Shown piece after piece: positions 24,946-39,049 of a DNA stretch of 64,000 bases. This DNA comes from Heptranchias perlo (lineage: Eukaryota): positions 4,464,001 to 4,528,000 of the forward strand of contig NW_027139442.1 in NCBI RefSeq assembly GCF_035084215.1, read 5' to 3'. Under the pieces are notes generated by a model. The model made no database searches. It was not told where the DNA came from and worked only from the letters and a program-made list of their open reading frames with translations. The position numbers and the translations under genes are program-made. How positions within the stretch are numbered: position 1 is the stretch's first letter; each line of letters opens with the position of its first letter.

Positions 24946-27192
24946 ATGGTCATGGAAAAGGACAGGGAGGGGCCGGAAATAAAGGTTCGAAATTGGGGGA
25001 AGGCCGATTTTAATAGGATGAGGCAGGATCTGGCCAAAATGGACTGGGATCAGCTGCTTGTAGGAAAATCCGCATCGGAGCAATGGGAGTCTTTCAGAAG
25101 GGAGATTGAGACCATACAATGGCAACATGTTCCCGTAAAGGTCAAGGGTGGTTCCAAGAACTCCAGGGAACCTTGGACGTCAGGGGATATACGAGAATGG
25201 ATTAGGAAAAAAAGGAGGGCTTTTGGCAGATACAAAAGGCTAAAGACGGAGGAAGCCCTAGAGGAGTACAAAAAGTGCAGGGGGATACTTAAAAAAGAAA
25301 TTAGGAGATCAAGGAGGGGCCATGAAATAACACTGGCGAGCAAAATAAAGGAAAATCCTAAGATGTTTTATAAGTATATTAAGGTTAAGAGGATGACGAG
25401 GGAAAAAATAGGGCCCATTAGGGACAAAAATGGCAATCTGTGTGTGGAGCCGGCAGATGTAGGAGGGGTTCTAAATGAATTTTTTGCATCTGTTTTCACT
25501 ATGGAGAAGGAGGATGTAGACATAGAAATACGGCAGGGGGACTGTGATATACTCAAACATATTAACATCGAGTGGGAGGAGGTATTGGTGGTTTTAGCAG
25601 GCCTAAAAATGGATAAATCCCGAGGCCCGGACGAAATGTATCCCAGGCTACTGTGTGAGGCAAAGGAGGAGATTGCGGGGGCTCTGACACATATATTCAG
25701 AACCTCTCTGGCCACAGGGGATGTGCCAGAGGACTGGAGAACCGCTAATGTTATACCATTATTCAAGAAGGGGAGTAGGGAAAAACCGGGGAACTACAGG
25801 CCAGTGAGCCTAACATCAGTGGTAGGAAAATTATTGGAAAAAATTCTGAAGGAAAAATTAGTCTCCACTTGGAGAAGCAAGGATTAATCAGGGATAGTCA
25901 ACATGGCTTTGTCAAGGGAAGATCATGTCTGACTAATTTGATTGAATTTTTTGAGGGCGTGACTCGGCGTGTGGATGAGGATAACGCAATGCATGTGGTA
26001 TACATGGATTTCAGTAAGGCCTTCGATAAAGTCCCCCACAGGAGACTGGTCAAGAAGGTACGAGCCCATGGAATCCACGGTGCCTTGGCACTTTGGATAC
26101 AAAACTGGCTTAGTGGCAGAAGGCAGAGGGTGATGGTCGAAGGTTGTTTTTGTGACTGGAAGCCTGTGGCCAGTGGGGTACCACAGGGATCGGTGCTGGG
26201 TCCCTTGCTGTTTGTGGTCTACATTAATGACTTGGATATGAATGTAAAAGGTATGATCAGTAAGTTCGCTGATGATACAAAAATTGGTAGGGTGGTAAAT
26301 ATCGAGGAGGATAGCCTCAGTCTGCAGGACGATATAGATGGGTTGGTCAGATGGGCGGAACAGTGGCAAATGGAATTTAACCCGGAAAAGTGCGAGGTGA
26401 TGCACTTTGGAGGGACTAACAAGGCAAGGGAATACACAATGAATGGGAGGACCCAAGGCAAGACAGAGGGTCAGAGGGATCTTGGTGTGCAAGTCCACAG
26501 ATCCCTGAAGGCGGCGGAACAGTTAGATAAGGTGGTAAAGAAGGCATATGGGATACTTGCCTTAATTAGCCGAGGCATAGAATATAAGAGCAAGGAGGTT
26601 ATGATGGAGCTGTATAAAACACTGGTTAGGCCACAGCTGGAGTACTGTGTGCAGTTCTGCTCGCCACACTACAGGAAGGATGTGATCGCTTTCGAGAGGG
26701 TGCAGAGGAGATTCACCAGGATGTTACCAGGGCTGGAGCGCTTCAGCTATGAAGAGAGACTGGGAAGATTGGGTTTGTTTTCCTTGGAGCAGAGGAGGCT
26801 GAGGGGGGACATGATTGAGGTGTACAAAATTATGAGGGACACAGATAGGAAGGATACTAAGGAACTTTTTCCCTTTGTTGAGGGTTCTATAACAAGGGGA
26901 CATAGATTCAAGGTAAAAGGCGGGAGGTTTAGAGGGGATTTGAGAAAGAACTTTTTCACCCAGAGGGTGGTTGGAGTCTGGAACTCACTGCCTGAAATGG
27001 TTGTGGAGTCAGGAACCCTCACAACATTCAAGAAGCATTTGGATGAGCACTTGAAATGCCATAGCATACTAGGCTACGGACCAAATGCTGGAATATGGGA
27101 TTAGAGTAGACTGGGCTGATGGCCGGCGCGGACACGATGGGCCGAAGGGCCTCTATCCGTGCTGTATAACTCTATGACTCTATGACTCTATA
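24946..27192 (+). mobile_element. Young 5'-truncated CR1 LINE; ORF2 split by one frameshift
   Basis: Overlapping ORFs 24946-25887 and 25869-27104 with [19 protein letters not shown]; 3' tail (ctatgact)n. Confidence 0.95.
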
Positions 27193-28955
27193 ACAAGCAT
27201 TATAAGGCATGGAAGATATTTTGAAGCATTAATTTATTCCTGTTATTGTGGAATTTGTAATTTGTTCAGCTTTTAAAAATTGTTTCAGCCTTTATTTTGC
27301 AGCTTAAGAATTTCACTTGCTGAAAAAATGGCGGATGTTCCCAATTTCCAGGACTCATTCCCAACGATCTGTCAGAGCCTGTTGGTGGGACATTGCAATT
27401 ACACGACGAGACGTTCACATTCCAAATCTTATTATAAACATGGAGATAGTGTTTTATAACGGTGAACAAAAACTGTGACCAAAATTTGTTGACGAGGAAG
27501 TCAGATTCGATTTACAGGAAATGCGTGCAGACGTAAAATTTTAAATACTGTCTAGACGGAAACATACGTCAAGTCCGACTGAGATAATCTGTTCCCTTTC
27601 TTTGTATCAAACCTTTCAGTATGTTTCCCTTAAATTGAGTAGATTAATATATTTGTGCTTTACTGAACCATTCCTTCATACTGACCTGCGCCTCTAATTC
27701 TTGGTTTTCCCAAATTGTAGTTTTCTATCTAACTTTGAGCGAGGTGTCATCACAGCTGGGATACGTTATCAAACCAATCTCCTTGTGTGATCCACCTCGA
27801 AGTGTTTTCCACTTTATATCATCGCGCTCCTCATGCCATCTCCTTTTGTACATTTACCCCTCACATATCCACTAAAGGAAGTCGGAGCTTGCAATGGTAC
27901 CGTGCCTTTCGTATCAACAGAACACACCTGAGAGTTAAACAGCCAGTGAATTATTTTTGAAGTGGACACTGTTGATGTTCATCCATTATATCCTTCTTCC
28001 TATTATATTTGTTGTACTGATGCCGGCATTTCGTATTATTTCCGTGCTAATGATCTCACTTATATAATCCGTATTCTATCTGTATCGTCCAATTTCCTTC
28101 GTCATGCTGATGTTCTCACGATGTTGTGCTACTCAATAAATTGTCATTTTATATGTTATTCCTTATTGACTAATCCTGATTTGTCACACTGTACAGTAAT
28201 TTCCCGTCTTTTCACCTTAAAAGCAATGTGACCATCATTATTGAAGGTTTTTCCTTGAACTTGTCACATTCACACTTCAGACTGGAACGATGTTTGGAGA
28301 TAATGAATGAACGCCTTACCCATTCATTTGACATTCCTCTGTTGCTGTTTCATAAAAGCATTCAAACATTTGTTTTAAATTATCAAATGTGGCATTGGTG
28401 GCTCCCTTTCTGACAATATGTGTTGCCTGTACTGTGTCAGAGGCTCCATATCTCGCTGCCTGTATTATGATAATGGCTCATTATCTGGCAGTAGTCCCTA
28501 CGTGTGTTCTGTTTTGATCGAAACTTGGATCTATGGCTTGTCAGTGTCTGTATTCTTGCGAATCACTCAGATCAACAAGGACTGAGAGTCAAGCTAGTGC
28601 ACATGGACTAACAAATATATTTTTACAACACAATAGTGTTGACAAGGCAGCAAAGGATTTCAATTTCCCCTCCAGCCTCTCACATTTCCATTTGAATTGG
28701 GTACACTTTATCCTGCAAATTGCCGATTCAGTTTACCTTTCCTCGATGTCAAGTGTGATCTCGAGTTTTATACCAATCTTTAAATGTAATTATTTAAGTG
28801 TCAGAAATCCAAGTAGTCTTGTGGCAGCATTTTCCCTGGGTAATATCATCATTCAAAAAATCTTTTGCGTAACAACCAATAGAATGAAAGCGATTTCCGT
28901 AATTGGTACTTCTTCATTGATTGCAACTGACAACAGGGTGACGTAGACTCACGTC

Positions 28956-28984
28956 TCAGTGGAGTGTCCCCCTGTATAAATCAG
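28956..28984 (+). promoter_or_regulatory. Core promoter of GPCR gene 2 (TATAAA 28975-28980)
   Basis: TCAGTGGAGTGTCCCCCTGTATAAATCAG, matches the gene 1 motif and spacing to the ATG. Confidence 0.7.
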
Positions 28985-29062
28985 GGATCCACGCACGGCA
29001 TCACTTCAGAACAACGAGAGATTCTGCCTCCCACGTTAACGATGACACAGCTTCAGCAGAAA

Positions 29063-29132
29063 ATGCGATATCCCGTCATTATTCAGATAGAATATATATA
29101 TTATCCGCTTCTCGCAGCCGTCGGTGTTCTTG
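29063..29132 (+). CDS. GPR139/142-like GPCR gene 2, coding exon 1
   Basis: MRYPVIIQIEYIYYPLLAAVGVL+G, donor G|GTAAG at 29133; an in-frame ATG at 29042 could add 7 aa. Confidence 0.88.
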
Positions 29133-30057
29133 GTAAGCTAGTATACGTAAGTATTAATTGAATAGATATACATTTCACCTTAAAGCTGCTCTCGTGATGT
29201 ATCTCAAAATGTCATTTTTGATTGATGTGATTGTTATATATTGATATCAGTTCAACGATAGATACATTCTATATTTTCGCCATTTACTTCATGTCATTTT
29301 TCTGTCAGTTTTATAGCGGCATCGAAATTGAAATGGGCTTCTAACCGTCGATTGACCTATTGATATGAAACCTCTTCATTTCAAAGAAACAGGTTAATGC
29401 CTCAGTTAGAAAGGAGAGGGAAATTTCAGATAAATGGAGTAATAATCCATACCACCCACAGCCTGCTGTCAACGCCAATGACTTCGAAATTATCACTGAC
29501 GATAGTAAAAGACCAAAAGTCAAGGTGTTTGATATTCTGCAATATTAGTAATAACACATTTGGAATAAATTAATTAATTCTGCATTCAAAGTATAGGTCA
29601 AAGAATATTATTTGTCGTGAAATGTCAAAACGTTGAAAAATTTGACAGTATAGAAATAGAGACAGTTGGATCATCGCTCTCTGCAGCACGGAGCGTGGCG
29701 CCGGCCGATGAAAATCCGAGGGACTGCAGCAGCACAAGTGGTGGAAGGGAGTAATTACAGTGCTGCAAATTTTCGCAGGCAGTTCCCATTATAAATATGG
29801 AGATATGTATTCATAAGAGGAAGATTTGACAAAGAAAGTACTCCAATGCAATATTTTTATTACAGCAAGATTTATAATTCATGGAAGTTGGCTTGATGTT
29901 CTTATCTTCCTTGTAATTTAGCACCTTCTTTACAAGGACGAGCTGTGCAGCTGAAGGGATCCTATCCATTAATTAATGCAGGAACAGGACTGTGTCAAAC
30001 TGATGGTTTTGCAGTGAGTTGCATGAAAATGCCTTTATTTCTTTCTCTTCATTACAG

Positions 30058-30962
30058 TTAACGTACTCGCCATTGTGATCTTATCTCGAGGAAAGTGCGG
30101 TCTATCCCCATGCATCTCTCGATACCTGTTAGCTATGGCAGTGGGAGATTTGCTAGTCGTTATCACTGATCCGATATTAAGGAGGATTCGTGTGATACAT
30201 TTCCCGGATTCATATTTGTCCGTTTTCCCTGTTTGTAGTGTCATTGTGGCCATGTCTCGTGCCGCTAGAGATAGCTCTGTCTGGTTAACTGTCGCCTTGA
30301 ATTTCGATCGATTTGTGGCCATTTGCTCTGTGAAGCTGAAATCAAACTATTGCACCGAGAAAACTACATTTATCGTAATGGTAACAATTTGCTTGTTAAT
30401 CTCTTTAAAAACCATTCCCTGGTGCTTTGCTTATGAACCCAGTTTTCTACTTGATAATGTTCCGTGGCATTGCAAATTAATATCAAAGTATTATACATCA
30501 CGCGAATGGATAATATTTGACTGGATTGATACCATTTTAATTCCGTTTATTCCATCTTTTGTGATTCTGCTCCTCAATATTTTGACCATCAAACACATTT
30601 TAGTCACCAGTAAAATTCGCAGGAGACTCAGGTGCAGCAGTAGCGGTGATAATCACAGTGATCCTGAGACGGAGAACCGAAGAAAATCCATCATTCTGCT
30701 GTGCACTGTTTCAGGCAGTTTTATACTGTTGTGGACACCATACGTCATAAACTCCGTGTATTTCCAAATTACAGGCACATTTCACATCATATATCCTCAT
30801 AACTCTATATATATCTCACGAAAGCTGGGATATATGCTTCTTCTTTTAAGTTCCTGCACTAATACGTGTATTTATGCAGTAATTCAAACTAAATTCAGAG
30901 AAGAGCTGAAGAATCTGGTGAAATATCCATTGCGACTGATTGTTAAATTAGTTGAGCAATAA
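30058..30962 (+). CDS. GPR139/142-like GPCR gene 2, coding exon 2 (spliced protein 324 aa)
   Basis: Acceptor 'ttcattacag|TTAAC'; RGKCGLS, FDRF, FILLWTP, SCTNTCIY; open to TAA. Confidence 0.93.
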
Positions 30963-31223
30963 AAAGTACGACCGGATTGTATTCCTAGTCTGACAGCTCA
31001 TTCGGCATTTTCTTATTTTGTGCTTGTGGAGCTAATGGACTTCAATGTTGTGAAGTGGCGAATCCATTCGCTATTCCATTTTGCATTTATCTTATTTCAA
31101 AGTTTTATCTATCTCAGTCTCCACCCCTGCCTCAATCCATCTGCTGCTGAAACCCTTATCCATGCCTTTGTTAAATCTAGAATCGACTATTCCAATGTTC
31201 ACTTGGCCGGTGTCCCATCTTCC

Positions 31224-32155
31224 TGGATCCAGGCGTGTAGCTCAGGCCATTGAATAACACATTGGATCCAGGCGTGTAGCTCAGGTCATTGAATAACTCA
31301 CTGGATCCAGGCGTGTAACTCAGGCCATTGAATAACACATTGGATCCAGGCGTGTAGCTCAGGTCATTGAATAACTCACTGGATCCAGGCGTGTAACTCA
31401 GGCCAATGACTAACACACTGGATTCAGGCGTGAAGTTCAGGCCATTGAATAACACACTGGATCCAGGCGTGTAACTCAGGCCATTGAATAACACATTGGA
31501 TCCAGGCGTGTTGCTCAGGCCATTCAATAACACATTGGATCCAGGCGTGTAACTCAGGCCATTGAATAACACATTGGATCCAGGCGTGAATTTCAGGCCA
31601 TTTAAGAACACATTGGATCCAGGCGTGTAACTCAGGCCATTGAATAACACATTGGATCCAGGCGTGAAGTTCAGGCCATTGAATAACACATTGGATCCAA
31701 GCGTTTTGCTCAGACCATTCAATAACACATTGGATGCAGGCGTGTTGCTCAGGCCATTCAATAACACACTGGATCCAGGCGTGAAGTTCAGACCATTGAA
31801 TAACACACTGGATCCAGGCGTGTAACTCAGGCCATTGTATAACACATTGGATCCAGGCGTGTAACTCAGGCCATTGAATAATACACTGGATCCAGACGTG
31901 TAGCTCAGGCCATTGAATAACACATTGGATCCAGGCGTGTAACTCAGGCCATTGAATAACACACTGGATCCAGACGTGTAGCTCAGGCCATTGAATAACA
32001 CACTGGATCCAGACGTGTAGCTCAGGCCATTGAATAACACATTGGATCCAGGCGTGTAACTCAGGCCATTGAATAACACACTGGATCCAGACGTGTAGCT
32101 CAGGCCATTGAATAACACACTGGATCCAGACGTGTAGCTCAGGCCATTGAATAAC
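31224..32155. repeat. 39-bp minisatellite, ~24 copies
   Basis: Unit ggatccaggcgtgtaactcaggccattgaataacacatt; abuts an L2 fragment at ~31105-31222. Confidence 0.97.
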
Positions 32156-32359
32156 ATGCAGGAAGGATTCAATTGCAGACGGTTACACAATCACTCGCAT
32201 AGCCTTCAGGTACGTGCATTTGATATAAAGAGACAGTTCTGTCACGACCAATCACCAGCTGGTGCAAGAAATGTAAAACTGATAGGCAACCATCATTAAT
32301 GTCACCAGATTGACGACGCTGGTTTTCTACAAATATATACCTTTCTTCCTAAATCTTAA

Positions 32360-32720
32360 GAATGATATCAAGGATGAAAGACTTCAGTCACTTGGAGAGA
32401 CTGGAGAAGCTGGGATTGTTCGCCTTGGAGCGGAGACGGTTAAGGGTAGATGTAGTAGAGGGATTCAAAATTATGAGGGGTTTTGATACAGTACATGGGG
32501 AGCAACTGCTTCGACTGTCGGGAGTATTAGTAACCAGAGGACACAGATTTAAGATAATTGGCAGAAGAGCCAGATTACAAAATATTTTACGCAGAGAATT
32601 ATTATAATCTGTAATGCATTGCCTGAAAGGGTGGTGGAAGCAGTTTCAATGGTAACTTTCAAAGAGGAATTGCATAAATAGTGAAAAAGTAAAAGTTGAA
32701 GGGCTAAAGTGAATTTAGGA
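32360..32720 (+). mobile_element. CR1 LINE 3' fragment
   Basis: ORF 'ERLEKLGLFALERRRLR..TRGHRFK'. Confidence 0.8.
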
Positions 32721-33084
32721 TTAATCTTTCAGGCGTTTATAAGGGACATAGAGCTGAACCGTTAACCCGAGTTTCCTTCCCACAAATGCTGCCGGACCTG
32801 CTGAGCCTTTCCACCTAAAATCCTTATCCTCACGAGTAGAAAGCACATTTTACCTGTTGGATAGGACCATTGCTGAACTTTGAAATACGAGCAAAGGAGA
32901 CGAGCTATAAGAACATTTTGTTCGGCAAAACACCAGATTTTATATTGTATTAAATCTTTGTTACTATTTTACAGAATTTTCCTGACTGTCTCTCTTGTTC
33001 AAGGTTTTAAGTAAAAAAAAGCACTGATTCAGAGATTATTATTTCATTTCTGAATTAAAGTTTGTATAGACTTACTGTGTGTGG

Positions 33085-33712
33085 TACTATGTGTGAGTGA
33101 GATTCATTCTGTATCTATCAGCCTCTGATACTGTGTGTGAATGAGGGTTTCATTCTGGATCTGTCGGTCTCTGACACTGTATGTGAGCGTTGGATTCAAT
33201 TTGCATCTGTCAGTTTCTGGTACTGTGTGTGAACATAGAATTCATTCTGTGTCTGTCAGTCTTTCGTACTGTACGTCAGTGTGGAATTTATTGTGTATTT
33301 GTCAGTCTCTGGTGCTGTGTGTGAATGTGGGTTTCATTCTGTTTGTGTCAATCTTTGGTACTGCAGGCGAATGTTGGCTTCATCCGATGTCTTATAGTCT
33401 CTGGTACTGTAGGTGACTGAGATTGATTCTGTATCTGTCAGTCTCTGGCACTTTGTGTGAGGGTGGGATTGATTTTGTATTTGTCAGTCTCTGGCACTGT
33501 ATTTCAGAGTGGGTTTCATTCTGTATCTGCCAGTCTCTGGAGCTGTATGTAAGTGTGGATTTTATTCTATATTTGTCAATCTCTGATACTGTGTGTGATT
33601 GAGATTCATTCTCCATCTATCAACCTCTGGTACTATATGTGAGTGTGGGATTCGATCTGTAACTGTCAGTCTCTGGTACGGTGTGGAAGTGTGGGATTCA
33701 TTCTATATCTGT
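33085..33712. repeat. Degenerate 46-bp minisatellite, ~14 copies
   Basis: tcagtctctggtactgtgtgtgagtgtgggattcattctgtatctg at ~33118, 33164, 33210, 33256, 33302. Confidence 0.9.
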
Positions 33713-33819
33713 ACTTAACTTTCATCTCAGGTTACAATATGGTGCTTGAAATTGCCTTTTCCTTATCTTAATGTATAATAGTTTTTCGTCTATAATTTAA
33801 TTGTAAATATGGATAATTT

Positions 33820-34240
33820 TTTGGATTTGGTGCACTAGGTTTTACTCAGATAATGTGTTTGAGGTTTGGACTAGTATTAAATAGAGAACACTAATGTGAA
33901 TTATAATATATCTTTCAATCCGAATAGGTGATTACTTTGGACTGGTATGAAATGTGTAGCTCAGTCTGCACTCGTGGAATTGATACTGCATCTTTCAATC
34001 TGACATCGTATGACATTTTTGGACGAGAATATAACGTGTAGTTCAGTATGCACTGATGGAACTGATACTGTGTCTTTCAATCTGACACTGTATGAGATTT
34101 TGGAGCTGGTATGTAATGTGTAGCCCAGTCCGCACTAATGGAACAGATCTTATATCTTTTATTCTGACACTCTATGGATTTTTTGGACTGATATCTAACG
34201 TGTAGCTTTGGCAACTATAGTGTAATTAATAATGTGTCTC
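33820..34240. repeat. Degenerate ~82-bp tandem repeat, ~5 copies
   Basis: 'ttggact..atgtgtagctcagtctgcact..tctttcaatctgacac' recurs at ~33937, 34019, 34100, 34183. Confidence 0.8.
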
Positions 34241-34274
34241 TCAATTTCATAGCATGGGTGAGTTCCGAAATTCC

Positions 34275-37200
34275 TAACAGGTGCCAGGGTTAAGGACATC
34301 TCCTCGAGGCTGGAGAAGAACTTGGAGTGGGAGGGGAAGGATCCAGTTGTCGTGGTCCACATAGGTACCATCGACGTAGGTAGGACTAAGAAAAAGGTTC
34401 TGCTGAGAGAGTTTGAGCAGCTAGGGACGAAATTAAAAAGCAAAACCACAAAGATAGTAATCTCCAGATTATTACCTGAGCCACGAGCAAATTGGTATAG
34501 AGTCAATGGGATCGGAGAGATGAATGCGTGGCTCAAAGATTGTTTTGGGAGAAGTGGGTTTGGATTCGTGGGGCACTCGCACCAGTACTGGGGAAAGAGC
34601 GAGCTGGTTCCGTTGGGACGGACTAAACCTGAACCACGCTGGGACCAGAGTTCGAGCGAATCGAATAACTAGGGAGGTAGAGAAGGCTTTAAACGAAACA
34701 AGGGTAGGGGAGTGTCTCGGTGGAGAGAAATCTAGAATGCTAAAGAGAAAATACAAAGAAGCAGTGCAGGGAAGTGATTTGGGTAAGGATAACCAGATTG
34801 TGTCAGGAAGGTACAGAGCGTATAAACAAAAGAGTGCACGAACAAATAGGGTCCGGGTGAGAAAAAAATGGTAACAAGACAAATAGGACCATGTACAAAA
34901 AAAATCAAAATGTCTCAAAATGTTAAAAAAGACAAATCTAAAGGCACTGTATCTGAATGCACGAAGCATTCGTAATAAGGAAGACGAATTAACAGCACAA
35001 ATCGATGTAAATGGATTCGATACAATTGCGATTACAGAGACATGGTTACATGGTGACCAAGGCCGGGAGCTGAATATCCAAGGTTATTCCATAATTCGGA
35101 AGGACAGGCAAAAATGAAAAGGAGGTGGGGTGGCCTGGTTAGTAAAGAATCAAATCAGAGCAAAACTGAGAAAGGATATTGGCTCAGAAAATCAAGATGC
35201 AGAATCAGTCTGGGTGGAGTTAAGAAGCACCAAGGGGAAGAAAACACTGGTGCGAGTTGTCCATCGGCCTCCAAATAGCAGTGGTAATGTAAGGGACGGC
35301 AATTTACAGGAAATTAGAGAAGCATGTAACAAGGGTACTATATATAGACATGCCGAAAAAATTAGCAATAATACTGTGGAGGATGAATGCCTGGCGTGTG
35401 TATAATATGTTTTTTTAGACCAGTACGTTGAGGAGCCAACCAGGGAACAGGCTACCCTAAATTGGGTATTGTGCAATTGGAAGGGCTTAATTAATAATCT
35501 TGTTGTGCGGGTCATTTAGAGATGAGTGACCATAACTTGCTAGAATTCTTCATTAGGATGGGAAGTGAAGTAGTCCAATCCGAAACTAGGGTCCTAAATC
35601 TAAACAAAGGGAACTAAGAAGGTATGGGAAGTGAGTTGACTCCGATATATTGGGAAGCTTCATTAAAAGGCATGACTGTGGATAGGCCAGCATTTAAGTC
35701 ACTAAAGCACAAAAGGAAAAGCGGCCCAACCATGACTAACAAAAGAAATTAAAGAGAGTATTAGATCGAAAGAGAAGTCATATAACGTTGCCGGAAAAAA
35801 GTAGCAAGACTGAGGATTGGGAGCAGATTAGAATTCAGCAAAAAAGGACCAAGAGATTGATTAAGAGGGGAATAATAGATTATGAGAGTAAACTTGCAAG
35901 GAACATAAAAGTGGACTGTAAAAGCATCTATAAGTATGTAAAAAGAAAAAGATTAGTGAAGACAAATGTAGGTCCCTTACATTCAGAAACGGGAGAATTT
36001 ATAATGGGGGACAAGGAAATGGCAGAGCAATTAAACAAATACTTTGGTTCTGTCTTCACGCAAGATGACACAAATAACTTCCCAGAAATGCTAGCGAACC
36101 AAGGGGTTAGTGAGAAGTAGAAATTAAAGGAAATTAGAATTAGTAAAAAAATAGTGCTGGAGAAATTAATGGACTGAAAGCCGATAAATCCCCAGGTCCT
36201 GATGATCTGCATCCCAGAGTTCTAAAGAGGAAGCCATGGGAATAGTTGATGCATTGGTTGTCATCTTCCAAAATTCTATATATTATGTAATAGTTCCTGC
36301 AGATTGGAGAGTGGCAAATGTAACCCCACTATTTAAAAAAGGAGGGAGAGTGAAAACAGGGAACGACAGACCGGTTAGCCGAACATCAGGAGTAGGGAAA
36401 ATACAAGAGTTTATTATAAGGGATGTGAAAACAGGACACTTAGAAAATATCAACGGGATTAGCAAAGTCAACATGGATTTACGAAAGGGAAATCGTGTTT
36501 GACAAATATACTAGAGTTTTTTTGAGGATGTAACTGGTAGAATAGATAAGGGAGAACCAGTGGATGTGTTGTATTTGGATTTTCAGAAGACCTTTGATAG
36601 AGTCTCACATAAGAGGTTAGCGTGCAAACCTAAAGCACATGGGATTGGTGGTAATATATTGGCATTGATTGAAAATTGGTTAACAGACAGGAAACAGAGA
36701 GTGTGAATAAATGGATCTTTTGTGGTGGCAGGCGGTGATTAATGGGGTACCGCAGTGATCAGTGATTGGGTCCCAACCATTCAGAATATATATGAATGAT
36801 TTGAATGAGGGAACCAAATGTAATATTTTCAAGTTTGCTGACGACAGGAAACTAAGTGGGATTGTGAGTTGTGAGGAGGATGCAAAGAGGCTTGAAGGCG
36901 ATTTAGTCAAGTTGAGTGAATGGGTAAATACACGGCAGATGCAGTATAACTTGGATAAATGCCAAGTTATTCACTTCGGAAGGAAAAACAAAAAGGCAGA
37001 GTATTATTTAAATGTTGATACATTGGGGAAATGTTGATGTACAAAGGGACCTGATTGTCCTTGTCCACCAGTCACTAAAAGCAAACATGCAGGTGCAGCA
37101 AGCAGTTCGGAAGGCCAATGGTATTTTGGCCTTTAATGCAAGAGGATTTGGGTAAAGGAGTAAGGATGTCTTCCTGCATTTATGCAGGGTCTTGGTGAGA

Positions 37201-37590
37201 CCACACCTGGAGTATTGTGTGCAGTTTTGGTCTCCTTCCCTAAGAAAGGGTATACCTGTAATAGACAGAGTGCAGCGAAGGTTCAACAGACTGATTCCTG
37301 GGATGGTAGGAGTGTCGTATGAGGAGAGATTCGGTCAACTAGGCCTGTATTCACTAGAGTTTAGAAGAATGAGAGGAGATCTCATTGAAACATATAAAAT
37401 TCTGACCAGGCTGGACAGACTGGATGCAGGGAGGATGTTTCCGCTGGCTGGGGGGTTTGGAACGAGGTGTCTCAGGACACGGGGTAGGACATTTAGGAGT
37501 GAGATGCGGATCAGCCATGATCATATTGAATGGCGGAGAAGGCTGGAAGGGCCGAATGGTTTGCTCCTTCTCCTATTTTCTATGCTTCTA
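34275..37590 (+). mobile_element. Degenerate CR1 LINE (ORF1 3' half plus ORF2)
   Basis: 'PVVVVHIGT', 'NARSIRNK..ITETWL', 'KFADD', 'VRPHLEYCVQFW' in successive broken ORFs. Confidence 0.9.
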
Positions 37591-37799
37591 GGCCAGTCAG
37601 TTTAATCTCGGTAGTGGGAAAACTTTTAGAATTTAAAATTCGGGACAAAATTTACAATTACTTGGACAAGTGTGGATTAATTAAGTAAAGCCAGCACGGA
37701 TTTGCTAAAGGCAAATCTCGTTTAATCAACGAGATTGAGTTTCTTTGCTGAATTGGGGAGTGGAGGAGAGGCGTTGGATGTGGATGGTGTTTGAGCAAT

Positions 37800-39010
37800 T
37801 CATGGGCCTTCGTGTGTCCAAAATCAAAACTATCTGCGTAACTTCAACTGCCCCCTGTCTCTTGCCCTTTACCTTTCCACCTCCCTAAGCTCCCAGCCCT
37901 GCCACTCCATCGAACTGTATCCTCACTATTCTTACTGTACGCAGTTTCTGTTCTGTCTTCCTCCATCCTTCAGCTCAACACCTTGTTCATGAAGCCCACG
38001 AACTGTTCCCTCGATCTCCTACAGCCCAAGCCTCGGATGATTCAAATTCAGCTTCTCTTTCACATGTTTCTTGACAATATTACTATCATCCAGCACTGCA
38101 GCTTCCAGCGCAACCACCGTGATCACACCCTCCTCACGTAGTCAACCCTCAGCGCACCCTATTTCTACACTTGAAATTTTGGAAGATAATTTTGAAGATC
38201 GTAATATACAAGGAGAGAATATGGAGAGAATGCAAAGGACTGGGGTTAGTTTTGAATTGTTTTAGCCAAGCAGGCCGCAATGGACTGAAATTACTCCATC
38301 TGTGCTTTACATTTCTATGGTTCCTAGTTTCCATGGCAATTAATGCCCTATCACCACCTTCCATTCCTCCTCTAAGTCCTGAAATGCGTACTGGTTTGTA
38401 ATTGCGATGAAAGCTCTGTCCCCAGGTTTTATTCGAGTTTTTCTGAAGTGGCTTCTGTCCCGTCCACATAGCTGAGACTGCACTGGTCAAAGTCACAAAG
38501 GATAACCGGAATGATTACAACCTGGGTTATGAATCTCTCCTCGTCCTCATCGACATCTCTGCCACTCACCGCACCATTCGGCACACCGTCCTTCTCCAAC
38601 TCCTCTGCACTGCTCTGCTCAGGTTCTGCTCTTTCCTGACTCACACCACATTGCTGTTAATGGCATTCCCTCTGTTAAACTTCAATGTACCGAATTGATG
38701 AATTCTTGTTCCTCTCCGCTTCACAATCCTTATGCTACCTTCGATGAAGCCAGTGGTCAGCCATCAGATATAGGCCAATGATACACAACTTTACCTCGCT
38801 ACCTCCACTATTGATCCATAATTGTACCAACATTATGAGGTTTCCTCCCAGATTTCAATACTGGTAGGAGCTCAACTTATTCCAGCCGAATTTCAGCAAG
38901 CGTTAACCCATCCTCTTTACCTCTCAGCAGCAATTCGTTCAATTGCATCAAACTCTCTGCATGCTGCCTCAAGCTGAGCCAAAGGGTGTTAACACGACGG
39001 CTTGCTCGAC
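37800..39010 (+). mobile_element. L2-like LINE fragments
   Basis: 'actgagactgcactggtcaaagtcaca' (TETALVKV-like) and 'gccaatgatacacaactttacctc' (ADDTQLYL-like). Confidence 0.55.
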
Positions 39011-39049
39011 CTGATCTCGGTTTTGGCCCTAACATCGAATTTGACACCA

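Noticed and set aside
31177-32190. 337-aa minus-strand ORF of LFNGLSYTPGSNV repeats, superficially LRR- or antifreeze-like
   Set aside because: Expected from a stop-free 39-bp unit; runs into an L2 fragment; 13-aa period does not fit LRRs; no splice or promoter support
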